From IMG/VR virus record IMGVR_UViG_3300033145_003180: a stretch of 29,603 nt of DNA; one strand, 5' to 3'. The translations under genes and the position numbers were made by a program. The notes under the pieces are model-generated. The model saw nothing but the letters and a program-made list of their open reading frames with translations. It ran no database searches and was not told the origin of the DNA. The stretch is from an uncultured virus (IMG/VR IMGVR_UViG_3300033145_003180) (lineage: Duplodnaviria > Heunggongvirae > Uroviricota > Caudoviricetes). Of this stretch, positions 1 to 7,899 are shown in pieces; position 1 is the first letter of the stretch, and each line of letters opens with the position of its first letter.

Positions 1-2
1 AT

Positions 3-200
3 GTGCAATTGAGCAGGATACTCCTTAATAGATGCTTTGCGAACCTCTAATTTTTTAACGTTAAAATGGTTCTGCAGCAACACATAAATATGATATGGAT
101 CTATTCCTTCATTCATGTTTTTGTAGAATTTTTTATATGATTCCTCACTTACCAACATCTTTATTTCGACTAGTTTTTCCCCATTCTTCATCTTTATCAT
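3..200 (-). CDS. hypothetical protein (runs off window edge)
   Basis: ATG at 200 preceded by GGAGA; open frame MIKMKNGEKLVEIK... to the window start. Confidence 0.6.
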   Translation of the reverse strand, partial: MIKMKNGEKLVEIKMLVSEESYKKFYKNMNEGIDPYHIYVLLQNHFNVKKLEVRKASIKEYPAQLH

Positions 201-206
201 TCTCCG

Positions 207-665
207 TTAACTAGATATTTCTATTAAACAAACTGATTTGCTATATAATATCGCTGTAGCAATAGTGTGACAAGTTCCATATGAAAATTTATCCCAGAAG
301 GCAATCACCTCAGATGGGTTGCTTTTTACCATCTCGATATTCCTGAAAAGGAAACCCCCCTTTCTTGCTAGATGTCTCTCTACTAATATTCCATTATTGT
401 TGGCCCATTCCTCGGCAAAAACATCTGCACTGTCAGGGCAACAACCTGAAATGATACATTCAGGTTTCCAATCTTCTCCATACATTTCCTGGTGGGATGA
501 TAACATCTTATCCAGTTCCTTGAAAACTAAATCCCTATAATTGGGGTATGGCTTTCCTTTTTTACGTGAACCGCAAACCAACCAACGTTCCTTTTTTAGT
601 TCCTCGTCTCTCAACCTATCTATCTCCATATCTTTAATTATTTCATCACTATCTGGTTTTTCCAT
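207..665 (-). CDS. SLOG superfamily (YspA/DUF2493-like) protein
   Basis: Motifs WLVCGSR, IISGC..SAD.FAEEWA, RNIEM, IAFWD..S.GT.HTI typical of phage YspA-like SLOG proteins. Confidence 0.8.
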   Translation of the reverse strand: MEKPDSDEIIKDMEIDRLRDEELKKERWLVCGSRKKGKPYPNYRDLVFKELDKMLSSHQEMYGEDWKPECIISGCCPDSADVFAEEWANNNGILVERHLARKGGFLFRNIEMVKSNPSEVIAFWDKFSYGTCHTIATAILYSKSVCLIEISS

Positions 666-705
666 ATTTATTCACATCCTTTAATTCTGAAATATCTGTT
701 TAGCA

Positions 706-1035
706 TCATCTATCAAATATTCCAAGGGTGGTTCTGAAATCATATCCTTTTCTTCCATATGCTTCAATCCCCCCTTTTGGATTTCTTCTAAATTTACAAC
801 TCATTTTATTCATAAGTTGATTTAAAAAGTTATTTTCTGCTTCAGATATTGGGTCAATCTCATTAAGATACTCTATCATATCTTCATCTTCACACCCACA
901 ATCTGCACAACTTACATTCTCTGGACAGTTACAAGGAGTAAATTCATAAGTTTCACACCATTTCTTGTTTAAGATTATTTTTGTTGTTTCTAACGCTACA
1001 TTAAATACTTCCCCAAGTTTTCCATGTTTTTCCAT
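706..1035 (-). CDS. hypothetical Cys-rich protein
   Basis: 109-aa ORF with GTGA-type RBS upstream; Cys cluster. Confidence 0.6.
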   Translation of the reverse strand: MEKHGKLGEVFNVALETTKIILNKKWCETYEFTPCNCPENVSCADCGCEDEDMIEYLNEIDPISEAENNFLNQLMNKMSCKFRRNPKGGIEAYGRKGYDFRTTLGIFDR

Positions 1036-1069
1036 ATTTCATCACTTCCTTCTTTCTTGATTAGATTAT

Positions 1070-1426
1070 TCATATTTTATCGATGACTTTTGAAATTGCC
1101 TCATATGAATTTCTTAAATACTTTTCATTCCTAGTTATAAATGCTTCTTCCAACCAATTCTCAGCGCTATCTATTAAAATTCTTTCGTCATTTCTTACTT
1201 CGTTTCTTAATTTATTAAGGATAGAAATAATTATTTCTTTGTGTGTACCTTTTTGTAAAAAAGCAGCCCTTTTTCCATTCAAAATACCAGAGTAAGCCAG
1301 TATACAATAATTTTTCTCCAATTGATAGTAGTAAGTTATTACTTCAGGATTACATTCCTTTAGATGATTCTTAAATGATATTTTTGATTTTGTCTTAAAT
1401 CCACATTTACATTCCAATATTACCAT
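1070..1426 (-). CDS. hypothetical protein with N-terminal zinc finger
   Basis: CKCG...HLKEC motif; co-oriented with neighbours. Confidence 0.6.
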   Translation of the reverse strand: MVILECKCGFKTKSKISFKNHLKECNPEVITYYYQLEKNYCILAYSGILNGKRAAFLQKGTHKEIIISILNKLRNEVRNDERILIDSAENWLEEAFITRNEKYLRNSYEAISKVIDKI

Positions 1427-1444
1427 TTTATCAAATCCTTCTTA

Positions 1445-1630
1445 CTATGACTCTGGGTTTTTAACCAATTTATTACATTTCTTACAACGCCACCATTCAT
1501 CAATGCGAACATCATCACTACTCCAACCATCATATTTCATTTTAGAACCGCAATCAGGGCAATGCTTTGGTTTACGACCTTTGAAATCTATATCATAATA
1601 TCTTGGGATATCAAAGCTGACTTCATTCAT
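1445..1630 (-). CDS. small zinc-ribbon protein
   Basis: CPDCG...CKKC. Confidence 0.65.
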   Translation of the reverse strand: MNEVSFDIPRYYDIDFKGRKPKHCPDCGSKMKYDGWSSDDVRIDEWWRCKKCNKLVKNPES

Positions 1631-1636
1631 TTTTCG

Positions 1637-1777
1637 TCATTTATCCTTTATTTTTGATTTATATCTTCTGCATAAAAGAACGCAATCCCATATAGTGCTT
1701 GCGTTGAAAACACAACCAACACATTTTTTAATTACTTTAGACCCATAATATCTTGCACTGAACTCTGTGATCATCAT
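1637..1777 (-). CDS. small Cys-rich hypothetical protein (46 aa, not in ORF track)
   Basis: MMITEFSARYYGSKVIKKCVGC...; overlaps the upstream stop, GGTGA RBS, fills the gap. Confidence 0.45.
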   Translation of the reverse strand: MMITEFSARYYGSKVIKKCVGCVFNASTIWDCVLLCRRYKSKIKDK

Positions 1778-1962
1778 TCACCAACCTTTATTGGTCTTAT
1801 CTGCATGACAGTAATCTTTACAACCGCTACACATTCAGGATCTCTAATTATTCCGTCAAGTTGGCAATCATGCATAATCTGTACTAATTGATCGCCGAAG
1901 TCTGTTATCCCATCTTCATTCCACAGATAAGCACCATCTTTACCACATTTAGGGCATCGCAT
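1774..1962 (-). CDS. small zinc-ribbon protein
   Basis: MRCPKCG start. Confidence 0.6.
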   Translation of the reverse strand: MRCPKCGKDGAYLWNEDGITDFGDQLVQIMHDCQLDGIIRDPECVAVVKITVMQIRPIKVGE

Positions 1963-1972
1963 GTTTCTGTCT

Positions 1973-2476
1973 TTATAATGGGTGTTCCATCAACACTTGA
2001 ATAATGTCGATATCATTGATCGCTTGGATGTGAAAGAATTTATTGTATATATTCTGCTCGATTTCCTTAATTACTTCGATATCCATATCTGTGGTGACAT
2101 CTAAGATCCAATCATATTTTCCATGTGTGATCGAGCTGCCATTAATAGTAACACCCAGAGATGATATAGTCTCAACAATTCCATTAAGCATATCATAATC
2201 ATGTTTACTGTTGTCGTTTCCAAGAAGATTGAGTGTCCCTTTTACTGAGATCATTATAAGGAATCTTTTCAATCCCAGTTTTTTATTATCAACAATCGCT
2301 TTGTACCCGAGGATCGTCTTGTTCTCTTCCAGACGGTTTACATACCTCCAAACCTTCTGACGGGAAAAACCACAAGCTTTTGCTATATCCCCAAAATTCA
2401 CCCTGCCATCTTTTTGCAGTTCTGTTATTACTAGCCTCTCATCCATTTCAATTTGCACATTACTGGTTTTCGCCAT
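1973..2476 (-). CDS. Lrp/AsnC family transcriptional regulator
   Basis: DERL..ELQKDGR..F.DIA..CG.SRQ.V...V.RLEE...I.GY.A.VD..KLG HTH; C-terminal RAM domain with HGKYD. Confidence 0.92.
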   Translation of the reverse strand: MAKTSNVQIEMDERLVITELQKDGRVNFGDIAKACGFSRQKVWRYVNRLEENKTILGYKAIVDNKKLGLKRFLIMISVKGTLNLLGNDNSKHDYDMLNGIVETISSLGVTINGSSITHGKYDWILDVTTDMDIEVIKEIEQNIYNKFFHIQAINDIDIIQVLMEHPL

Positions 2477-2566
2477 ATCTATCGCCTTTCAATATTTCTT
2501 TATGTGTGAATAAATGTATAAAATACGCTTTTATAAAACTTCTTATCCATAAGAGATATGTCTAAT

Positions 2567-2742
2567 GAAAATACAGATAATTCTAATGGATACTTGAAAA
2601 TACCTGAGAAGTACTAGAAATACCTCAAAAGGGTGTTAAAAGGGCGTTAAAAAGATGTTAAAAGGTTGCTGGATAGATTCTCGTTAGCATCTAATTAGAA
2701 TTATAAATTTATGGTATATGTACGGTATATATGTGGTAAAAA
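2567..2742. repeat. clusters of degenerate ~11-bp tandem repeats in an intergenic region
   Basis: AAAAGGGTGTT/AAAAGGGCGTT/AAAAAGATGTT (2627-2659); TATGGTATATG/TACGGTATATA/TGTGGTAAAAA (2710-2742); recurring GAAAATAC-like units. Confidence 0.6.
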
Positions 2743-3171
2743 TCAACCAACCTTTTTTAGATACTTTGGTGGGATCTTACCTAAAATACATGCAGATCCT
2801 TCATCCTTCCATCGTTTCCAATCTTCAGGTTTTTTTGACCAATCCTCATCGGGTCTCATTCTAGTATGAAATTCTTTAACATCTGGGATTTTAACTTCTA
2901 TTATTGGAAAATTACTACGCTTGGCGTCTGGATCGACATCTAACATCTGGTTTTGATTTTCTTTTGCTTGCCATTTGACAGCAAATATATATGTCCCAGT
3001 CCAATATGGTTTGTAACACTGCCATGGCCCACTTTGAGTTCCTGGCACCATTCCTTGTTTTTTAATCTTATTCCAAGAATCATTATCTGTTATATGATAT
3101 CCTATTATTGCAGGAACGCATTTTCCTTTATGTATAACTTGATTAACTGGGCAACCATCACGTTTGGCCAC
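2743..3171 (-). CDS. tagged ADP-ribosyltransferase-fold (Tpt1/ART-like) protein
   Basis: N-terminal MAKRDG-Cx10C tag; GYHIT...IKKQGMVP, GTYIF, IIEVKIP, IPPKYL pattern of ART/KptA-like folds; GTG start. Confidence 0.6.
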   Translation of the reverse strand: MAKRDGCPVNQVIHKGKCVPAIIGYHITDNDSWNKIKKQGMVPGTQSGPWQCYKPYWTGTYIFAVKWQAKENQNQMLDVDPDAKRSNFPIIEVKIPDVKEFHTRMRPDEDWSKKPEDWKRWKDEGSACILGKIPPKYLKKVG

Positions 3172-3172
3172 A

Positions 3173-4111
3173 TCAACCAGCCGTCCTCGGTTTAATTCTT
3201 TCCCCCGTCTTCGGGTTATAGTTCATGATCATGAGCTCAGTGACATCCTTCTTCTTTCCCCGCATTCCTTTATTCGAACTCTGCATCTCATATTTTGTGT
3301 CATGCTTCTTTTTTTTCCATTTGCCACCATTAAATGCCCTGCGAACTTCAGGAACATTATCATAAGAAACTAGAACTTTACCTTTCATCTGATTGGCACA
3401 CCCTGCGACATCATTCGGATGGACCTTCGGCAATCCATACTTATGAGGAGTATCCCAATACGGTGGATCTAAATAATGGAACGCATCCTTGGAATCGTGC
3501 TTTTTCATCACCGTGCAAAAATCATCACTCTCAATAACAGTATGATTTAGTTTTTCCTGGAACATATCAGCATTTGAAATAATCCTGGTCATCCTTGAAG
3601 TGGATTTAAACTTCTGGTTATTTGGTCTGTCTTCAATTATTGGCATATTGAAGATCATGCCTTTTGCTCCATAAGACCTTTTCATGACTTTTAGATAGTC
3701 GCATGCATCTTGGTATGTACCATCTTTCCGGGCACTTGCCTTTGCCGCCTCGAACTCTTTTTTAGTGGTTGGAAGCCTACAACCCACAAGATTAGACGAG
3801 GGCCGTTTCTGGACATCCCGATAAAACTTGACAAGCGCAGGATCCATATCATTAATGACGGTCTTATCCTCGGCCAGAGGAAGATGCCAATAAAGAGTCC
3901 CACCACCAATAAAAGGCTCAACATATGTTTTATGATCAGGAACATGATCCACGAGTTTTTTCTTTAGCTTTGTTTTACCGCCGACACGGGCTACCATAGG
4001 AGGCATCCCTGCAAGACCATCCCGGCGCTGAATATTAGCCCTTGGAATGTCCCTAACGCATTTTCCTTTCTCATTATGAAAACCTGATCTGCAACCATTT
4101 CTCTTTGCCAT
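3173..4111 (-). CDS. D12-class (Dam-family) N6-adenine DNA methyltransferase with N-terminal tag
   Basis: GGKT, YVEPFIGGG, INDMD, YLDPPY, SYDN, TELMIMNY motifs; N-terminal MAKRNG-Cx10C extension. Confidence 0.92.
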   Translation of the reverse strand: MAKRNGCRSGFHNEKGKCVRDIPRANIQRRDGLAGMPPMVARVGGKTKLKKKLVDHVPDHKTYVEPFIGGGTLYWHLPLAEDKTVINDMDPALVKFYRDVQKRPSSNLVGCRLPTTKKEFEAAKASARKDGTYQDACDYLKVMKRSYGAKGMIFNMPIIEDRPNNQKFKSTSRMTRIISNADMFQEKLNHTVIESDDFCTVMKKHDSKDAFHYLDPPYWDTPHKYGLPKVHPNDVAGCANQMKGKVLVSYDNVPEVRRAFNGGKWKKKKHDTKYEMQSSNKGMRGKKKDVTELMIMNYNPKTGERIKPRTAG

Positions 4112-4128
4112 AATAATCTACCTAAAAA

Positions 4129-4449
4129 TTATTTTCCAGGAACACCAAATCTTTTATATTCCTCGGTGAGTTTTTCCCAGTCCTTCCCTTCAGTCTTTGC
4201 CTCTCGTACAGATGGAAACACATCACTGAACATATGAGCCTTATCGTGGTTTTTTATCTTTGCATTAAATATATCAAGATAAATATCATCCTTCTGTTTT
4301 GTGATATTCATATCATATCCCTTTGATAATCGTTGCCATGAGTTTTTCCTAATTTTACGCCAGACACCATCACGAAGTGGTATGCATTTTCCTTTGACTC
4401 TTTTATATCCAATTTTACAGTACCTTTTACATCCAGCTTTTTTAGACAT
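4129..4449 (-). CDS. tagged hypothetical protein
   Basis: MSKKAGCKRY-CKIGYKRVKGKC tag. Confidence 0.8.
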   Translation of the reverse strand: MSKKAGCKRYCKIGYKRVKGKCIPLRDGVWRKIRKNSWQRLSKGYDMNITKQKDDIYLDIFNAKIKNHDKAHMFSDVFPSVREAKTEGKDWEKLTEEYKRFGVPGK

Positions 4450-4451
4450 CG

Positions 4452-4790
4452 TTATCTCCTTTTGGGTTGTGCCTTCTTAAGTTTTTTAATGAGATCTTCC
4501 CCTTCCTTCCAAGACGGGGAGGAATGCCCCATATTTTTCATAAATTTGATATGCTTGTCCGCCTCTTTTATCAAAGCTGATTTATTACTGCAGGTTATCT
4601 CAGCCGTGTCTCCCTCAGTATAAGAAAATATCTTTTTTGTTTTAGGATCAATGACAGCCCAATGATAAGGCGCGGTGTAATAAAGTTCTTTATACCCCTG
4701 CCTTCTCAACTTTGATAATAGACTAAAATCTTGACCATCCGTACTTAAAAAAAATCCTCTCTTTATTTTACATCCTGCTTTTTTTGCCAT
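4452..4790 (-). CDS. tagged hypothetical protein (short tag)
   Basis: ATG at 4790 gives MAKKAGCKIKRG; second tag Cys absent. Confidence 0.8.
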   Translation of the reverse strand: MAKKAGCKIKRGFFLSTDGQDFSLLSKLRRQGYKELYYTAPYHWAVIDPKTKKIFSYTEGDTAEITCSNKSALIKEADKHIKFMKNMGHSSPSWKEGEDLIKKLKKAQPKRR

Positions 4791-4793
4791 CAA

Positions 4794-5096
4794 TCAATAC
4801 CTCCTACTTGATCTACGTTTTTTAATGTCCTTTTTAACCTCTTTGATCACCCATTGCTCACCATGCCCCTCATCCAAAGCATAAAGCTTGTGTTCAAGGC
4901 CCACCATTGAAAGTTCGTTATTCTCAATTTCATTAACATGCGGTCTGTCATCCAGTGGTGTTTTCATAATATGGTCACGATAATGTTTATGTCTTAAAAA
5001 TCTTGAATGTGTCTGGCCCCACCAATTTGGGGATACGCCAATACATATTCCCTGCACTCTTTCCTGCCCAAATGGACAACCTTTCTTTTCAGACAT
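4794..5096 (-). CDS. tagged hypothetical protein
   Basis: MSEKKG-CPFGQERVQGIC tag. Confidence 0.8.
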   Translation of the reverse strand: MSEKKGCPFGQERVQGICIGVSPNWWGQTHSRFLRHKHYRDHIMKTPLDDRPHVNEIENNELSMVGLEHKLYALDEGHGEQWVIKEVKKDIKKRRSSRRY

Positions 5097-5435
5097 TTAA
5101 GCTTCCTCAATAATTCTTCTTTTTAATGTTGTCATATCTCCTCGTTTAATCATATTTCTGGCCCCACCTAATTTACTATCAGGAATGGACCAATAACCAC
5201 TTGGAGATTTTTTATAAATCACATATCCTTTATAATCACCAGTTACTGCTATGCCAGGGATTTTGCTATTTCTATGCCAATCACCCCATCCATCGCTTTT
5301 GTAAGCAAAAAAACCAATGTCTTTCATTTCTTTATATCCGCGTTTTGCCTTTATCGGTCTAAACAATTCAGTTTTTTTAACACATTTATTATTAAAACGA
5401 ATATGCCCTTTACCGCAACCTGATTTTTTTGCCAT
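5097..5435 (-). CDS. tagged hypothetical protein
   Basis: ATG at 5435 after GGTGA; MAKKSG-CGKGHIRFNNKC tag. Confidence 0.8.
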   Translation of the reverse strand: MAKKSGCGKGHIRFNNKCVKKTELFRPIKAKRGYKEMKDIGFFAYKSDGWGDWHRNSKIPGIAVTGDYKGYVIYKKSPSGYWSIPDSKLGGARNMIKRGDMTTLKRRIIEEA

Positions 5436-5440
5436 ATCTT

Positions 5441-5746
5441 TCACCCTAAATGTTTTTCGATAAATGATGCTCTGTTCTCTGGGGAAATCAAAGCAAAATT
5501 TCCACCTGATTTGATATTTAATGAACGCAACGCAATCCGTTCACGATCTGTGAAATTACCAAAGTCACCGCTACCACTAATTTCTACCCAACCCCAAGCA
5601 GTACCTTGACCATTACGAACAGAAACAGTTTTTGTTTTACCCTTGACAATTTTACGGATTGTAGAAATTTGTTGCTTAGTATCCATAGGAGTACATTTAT
5701 CCTTTATCTTTACTTCACCCCATGTGCAACCACTTTTTTTAGCCAT
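5441..5746 (-). CDS. tagged hypothetical protein, first gene of the operon
   Basis: ATG at 5746 gives MAKKSG-CTWGEVKIKDKC; the ORF-track extension to 5848 overlaps the promoter. Confidence 0.8.
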   Translation of the reverse strand: MAKKSGCTWGEVKIKDKCTPMDTKQQISTIRKIVKGKTKTVSVRNGQGTAWGWVEISGSGDFGNFTDRERIALRSLNIKSGGNFALISPENRASFIEKHLG

Positions 5747-5776
5747 GACACCAATAACACAAAATAATAACAGTTC

Positions 5777-5804
5777 TTTTAAAGTTATCCAGGAAATATT
5801 TCCG
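5777..5804 (-). promoter_or_regulatory. palindromic operator plus TATA promoter of the tagged operon
   Basis: Minus strand CGGAAATATTTCC-TGGATAAC-TTTAAAA, about 30 nt upstream of ATG 5746; recurs at 18997-19025 and 17719-17750. Confidence 0.7.
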
Positions 5805-5856
5805 ATAAATATCAAAATTGATTTTATCGCCATAAAATTAAAAATCAATAGAAAAA

Positions 5857-6195
5857 TGACGGCTTCCGCAAAAAATGATGGCTTTTATGCACAGTTTCTG
5901 ACCTTTTTCATTAGAAGTAATGAAGGCTTTGACGGCTTTAAAAATAGGTAGGGCACCATGCAGGCTTGACGGCTTGACGTTGCCTTTATAATTATATTAA
6001 TAGATCTAATAGTAAATTTTTATTATTGCCATAATAGATGTATTTATAACTCCAGCTTAAGGTCAGCTAGCCCCAGCTATTAAATATTAACGATTAACAT
6101 AAAGGAAAAAATTAGTCGTCAAAGCCGTCAGCACCCCCGTTGAAAGTGTGCATAAAAGCCTTCATAAACCAGTCATATTTTTTTATAAGCCGTCA
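5857..6195. other. putative replication origin (inverted iteron clusters around an AT-rich core)
   Basis: TGA(C/A/T)GGCT at 5857, 5876, 5921, 5930, 5967 (+) and 6123, 6157, 6188 (-); 23-bp inverted repeat 5876-5898 / 6142-6164 with 2 mismatches; AT-rich centre ~5985-6050. Confidence 0.65.
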
Positions 6196-6430
6196 TCCTT
6201 TAAACCCATCAAATATTCTTTGTAATTCCATCAACCGACTTATCGTTCTTTTATTATAAACAACCCATCTACCGACACTCAATCGTTTAACTTCTATCTT
6301 CATCTTCTTGAGGGCGTATCCTATTTTTTGGCAATTTTTAAAAAATGTATCGACTGGATCATCAACTGATCCAATATCTAATAGGTTAACAATTTCACCA
6401 ATTGATATTTTCTTTTGTACCCCACTAGTC
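6193..6430 (-). pseudogene. 3' half (winged-helix domain) of the interrupted HNH-wH gene
   Basis: In frame with 15315-15618 across the TSD; QKIGYALKKM..KRLSVG resembles QKLGYILKNM..KHKSIG of the helicase C-terminus. Confidence 0.8.
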
Positions 6431-6477
6431 GGTACTGTAAAATCTGAGTATGGCAAATCTAGTGTGTAAAATTTAGT
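6431..6477 (+). repeat. left terminal inverted repeat
   Basis: GGTACTGTAAAATCTGAGTATGGCAAATCTAGTGTGTAAAATTTAGT. Confidence 0.9.
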
Positions 6478-6491
6478 ATGATATAGTTCTA

Positions 6492-7001
6492 CTATCTCAA
6501 TAAAAAGATAAAAAATAAAATTAAAAGTGTGCTCCATACAACAGTAATAACAGATATATATTGGAAATCGGAAAAATATTTTTCGGGATGATAAGCACTA
6601 ATGCTCTCCGGTTTATTAATTTCTTCAAAATAATGGAACCAACCACAATATAATGCACTTATCACAGATATTGAAAATAAAATAGACATAAATATTAGCG
6701 AATATTTAGCGGAAATAAAACAAAGAAAATATGTTGATAAAAATAAAAAAGCAAAGAAAAAAAATTCTAATTTCTTACCAACCTTCTCTTTATTCTCTCT
6801 ATTAAAGTCCCGTATCCATTTAGCAATAGATTTCCATATCACAACAATAGATGAGTTTACCAAGAAAAAATACACTACCCATAATCCCCAATTTTTAAGT
6901 TCATAATATTTAATAATTAATATGGTCCAAGCTCCTATAAAAAAAAGAAATAATCCAAAAGCCAGTATTAATTCTAATTTTCTTTTATTAAGATTAATCA
7001 T
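6492..7001 (-). CDS. multi-pass membrane protein
   Basis: About 5 hydrophobic segments; very AT-rich. Confidence 0.65.
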   Translation of the reverse strand: MINLNKRKLELILAFGLFLFFIGAWTILIIKYYELKNWGLWVVYFFLVNSSIVVIWKSIAKWIRDFNRENKEKVGKKLEFFFFAFLFLSTYFLCFISAKYSLIFMSILFSISVISALYCGWFHYFEEINKPESISAYHPEKYFSDFQYISVITVVWSTLLILFFIFLLR

Positions 7002-7149
7002 ATTTTTAATATTATTTCTTTATATAATAATCTATCGTTATTTTTATATTAATTAATACTTATTTCTTCTTTTATCCCTCATCATTAGTTTAATATTTTT
7101 GTCAAATCTAAGATGGCATATGTTTTTAAAAACATAAATGTTGGTACTA

Positions 7150-7234
7150 TTGGTCTCCCTTTAGCGTTTGTCACCAACTTACGCAAGTAGACTACTTTGA
7201 CAACAGGAGTTTTCTATCAAAAAAGGGAGACCAA
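7150..7234. repeat. stem-loop / inverted repeat
   Basis: TTGGTCTCCCTTT (7150-7162) pairs with AAAGGGAGACCAA (7222-7234); inner TTGTCA/TGACAA. Confidence 0.6.
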
Positions 7235-7244
7235 AAAATACATT

Positions 7245-7652
7245 TTATTTTTCTTCTTCAATTTCTACCTTACACCATTGCATTCCAAATTTCTTAGATA
7301 AATGAATAGGTTTTTTCCATTTTTTTGCGTTCTTTAAAACCCAAATATACAAGTTTTTATTTTTATCAACATGGGGAATTAAATGATTTGGATAATATTT
7401 AAGATAATTGATTCCACCAAGTTCTTTTAATTTTACTTTGATTTCATTTGATTTTACTTGAATAACTTTAGTTAGAATTACTGAACCAATAATCTGAGAT
7501 TTATAATGTATTTTTATATCCAGCCCATTCAATTGTGCATTTCTATACCAAATTTTATCAATACTTCGTGTTGAAAGAATGCCAATCCTGCCTCCGATAT
7601 AAGAGTTAAAAGACCTGACAAGATATTTCATATTTCCTTCAACAATAGCCAT
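7245..7652 (-). CDS. ASCH/PUA-like domain protein
   Basis: GRIGI.ST, IIGSV.L..V, YIWVLKNAKKWKKPI....G.QW pattern; N-terminus possibly eroded. Confidence 0.6.
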   Translation of the reverse strand: MAIVEGNMKYLVRSFNSYIGGRIGILSTRSIDKIWYRNAQLNGLDIKIHYKSQIIGSVILTKVIQVKSNEIKVKLKELGGINYLKYYPNHLIPHVDKNKNLYIWVLKNAKKWKKPIHLSKKFGMQWCKVEIEEEK

Positions 7653-7899
7653 GCAGGGAATATCCGCTTATCGAGCATGGGTTTATCTGCCTTAGAATTG
7701 AAGAAATATTAAGAGAAGAGGGGGGTAATGATTGGATGGACGACTGGCTGTATAAGCTATATCCTAATCATTACAAAAAACTGCCATATGAATCATGATG
7801 TAAATTACATGTGTTTTATGGATTAAACCTTCCTCAATCTTAGTTCTAAGATATGTTTTTAAAGAAATAGAGGTTGTGAAATTGTAGTTTGAGATGTAA

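Noticed and set aside
2567..2742. CRISPR array
   Set aside because: Repeats are ~11 bp, degenerate and adjacent, with no spacers; no cas genes in the window
2743..5746. Integron-like cassette array or DNA-level repeat explaining the tagged genes
   Set aside because: Genes are 0-17 nt apart with no attC-like palindromes; similarity is confined to the encoded peptide
5747..5951. ORF-track N-terminal extension to 5848 and the 5643-5951 + strand ORF
   Set aside because: They overlap promoter and origin repeats; the tag defines the start at 5746
6431..6537. N-terminus of ORF 6193-6537 as a genuine gene start
   Set aside because: It reads through the TIR and overlaps the neighbouring gene; the original 5' half is at 15315-15618
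6569..6586. GAAAAATATTTTTC palindrome resembling the shared operator
   Set aside because: Lies inside a coding region, has different spacing and no downstream TATA/ATG
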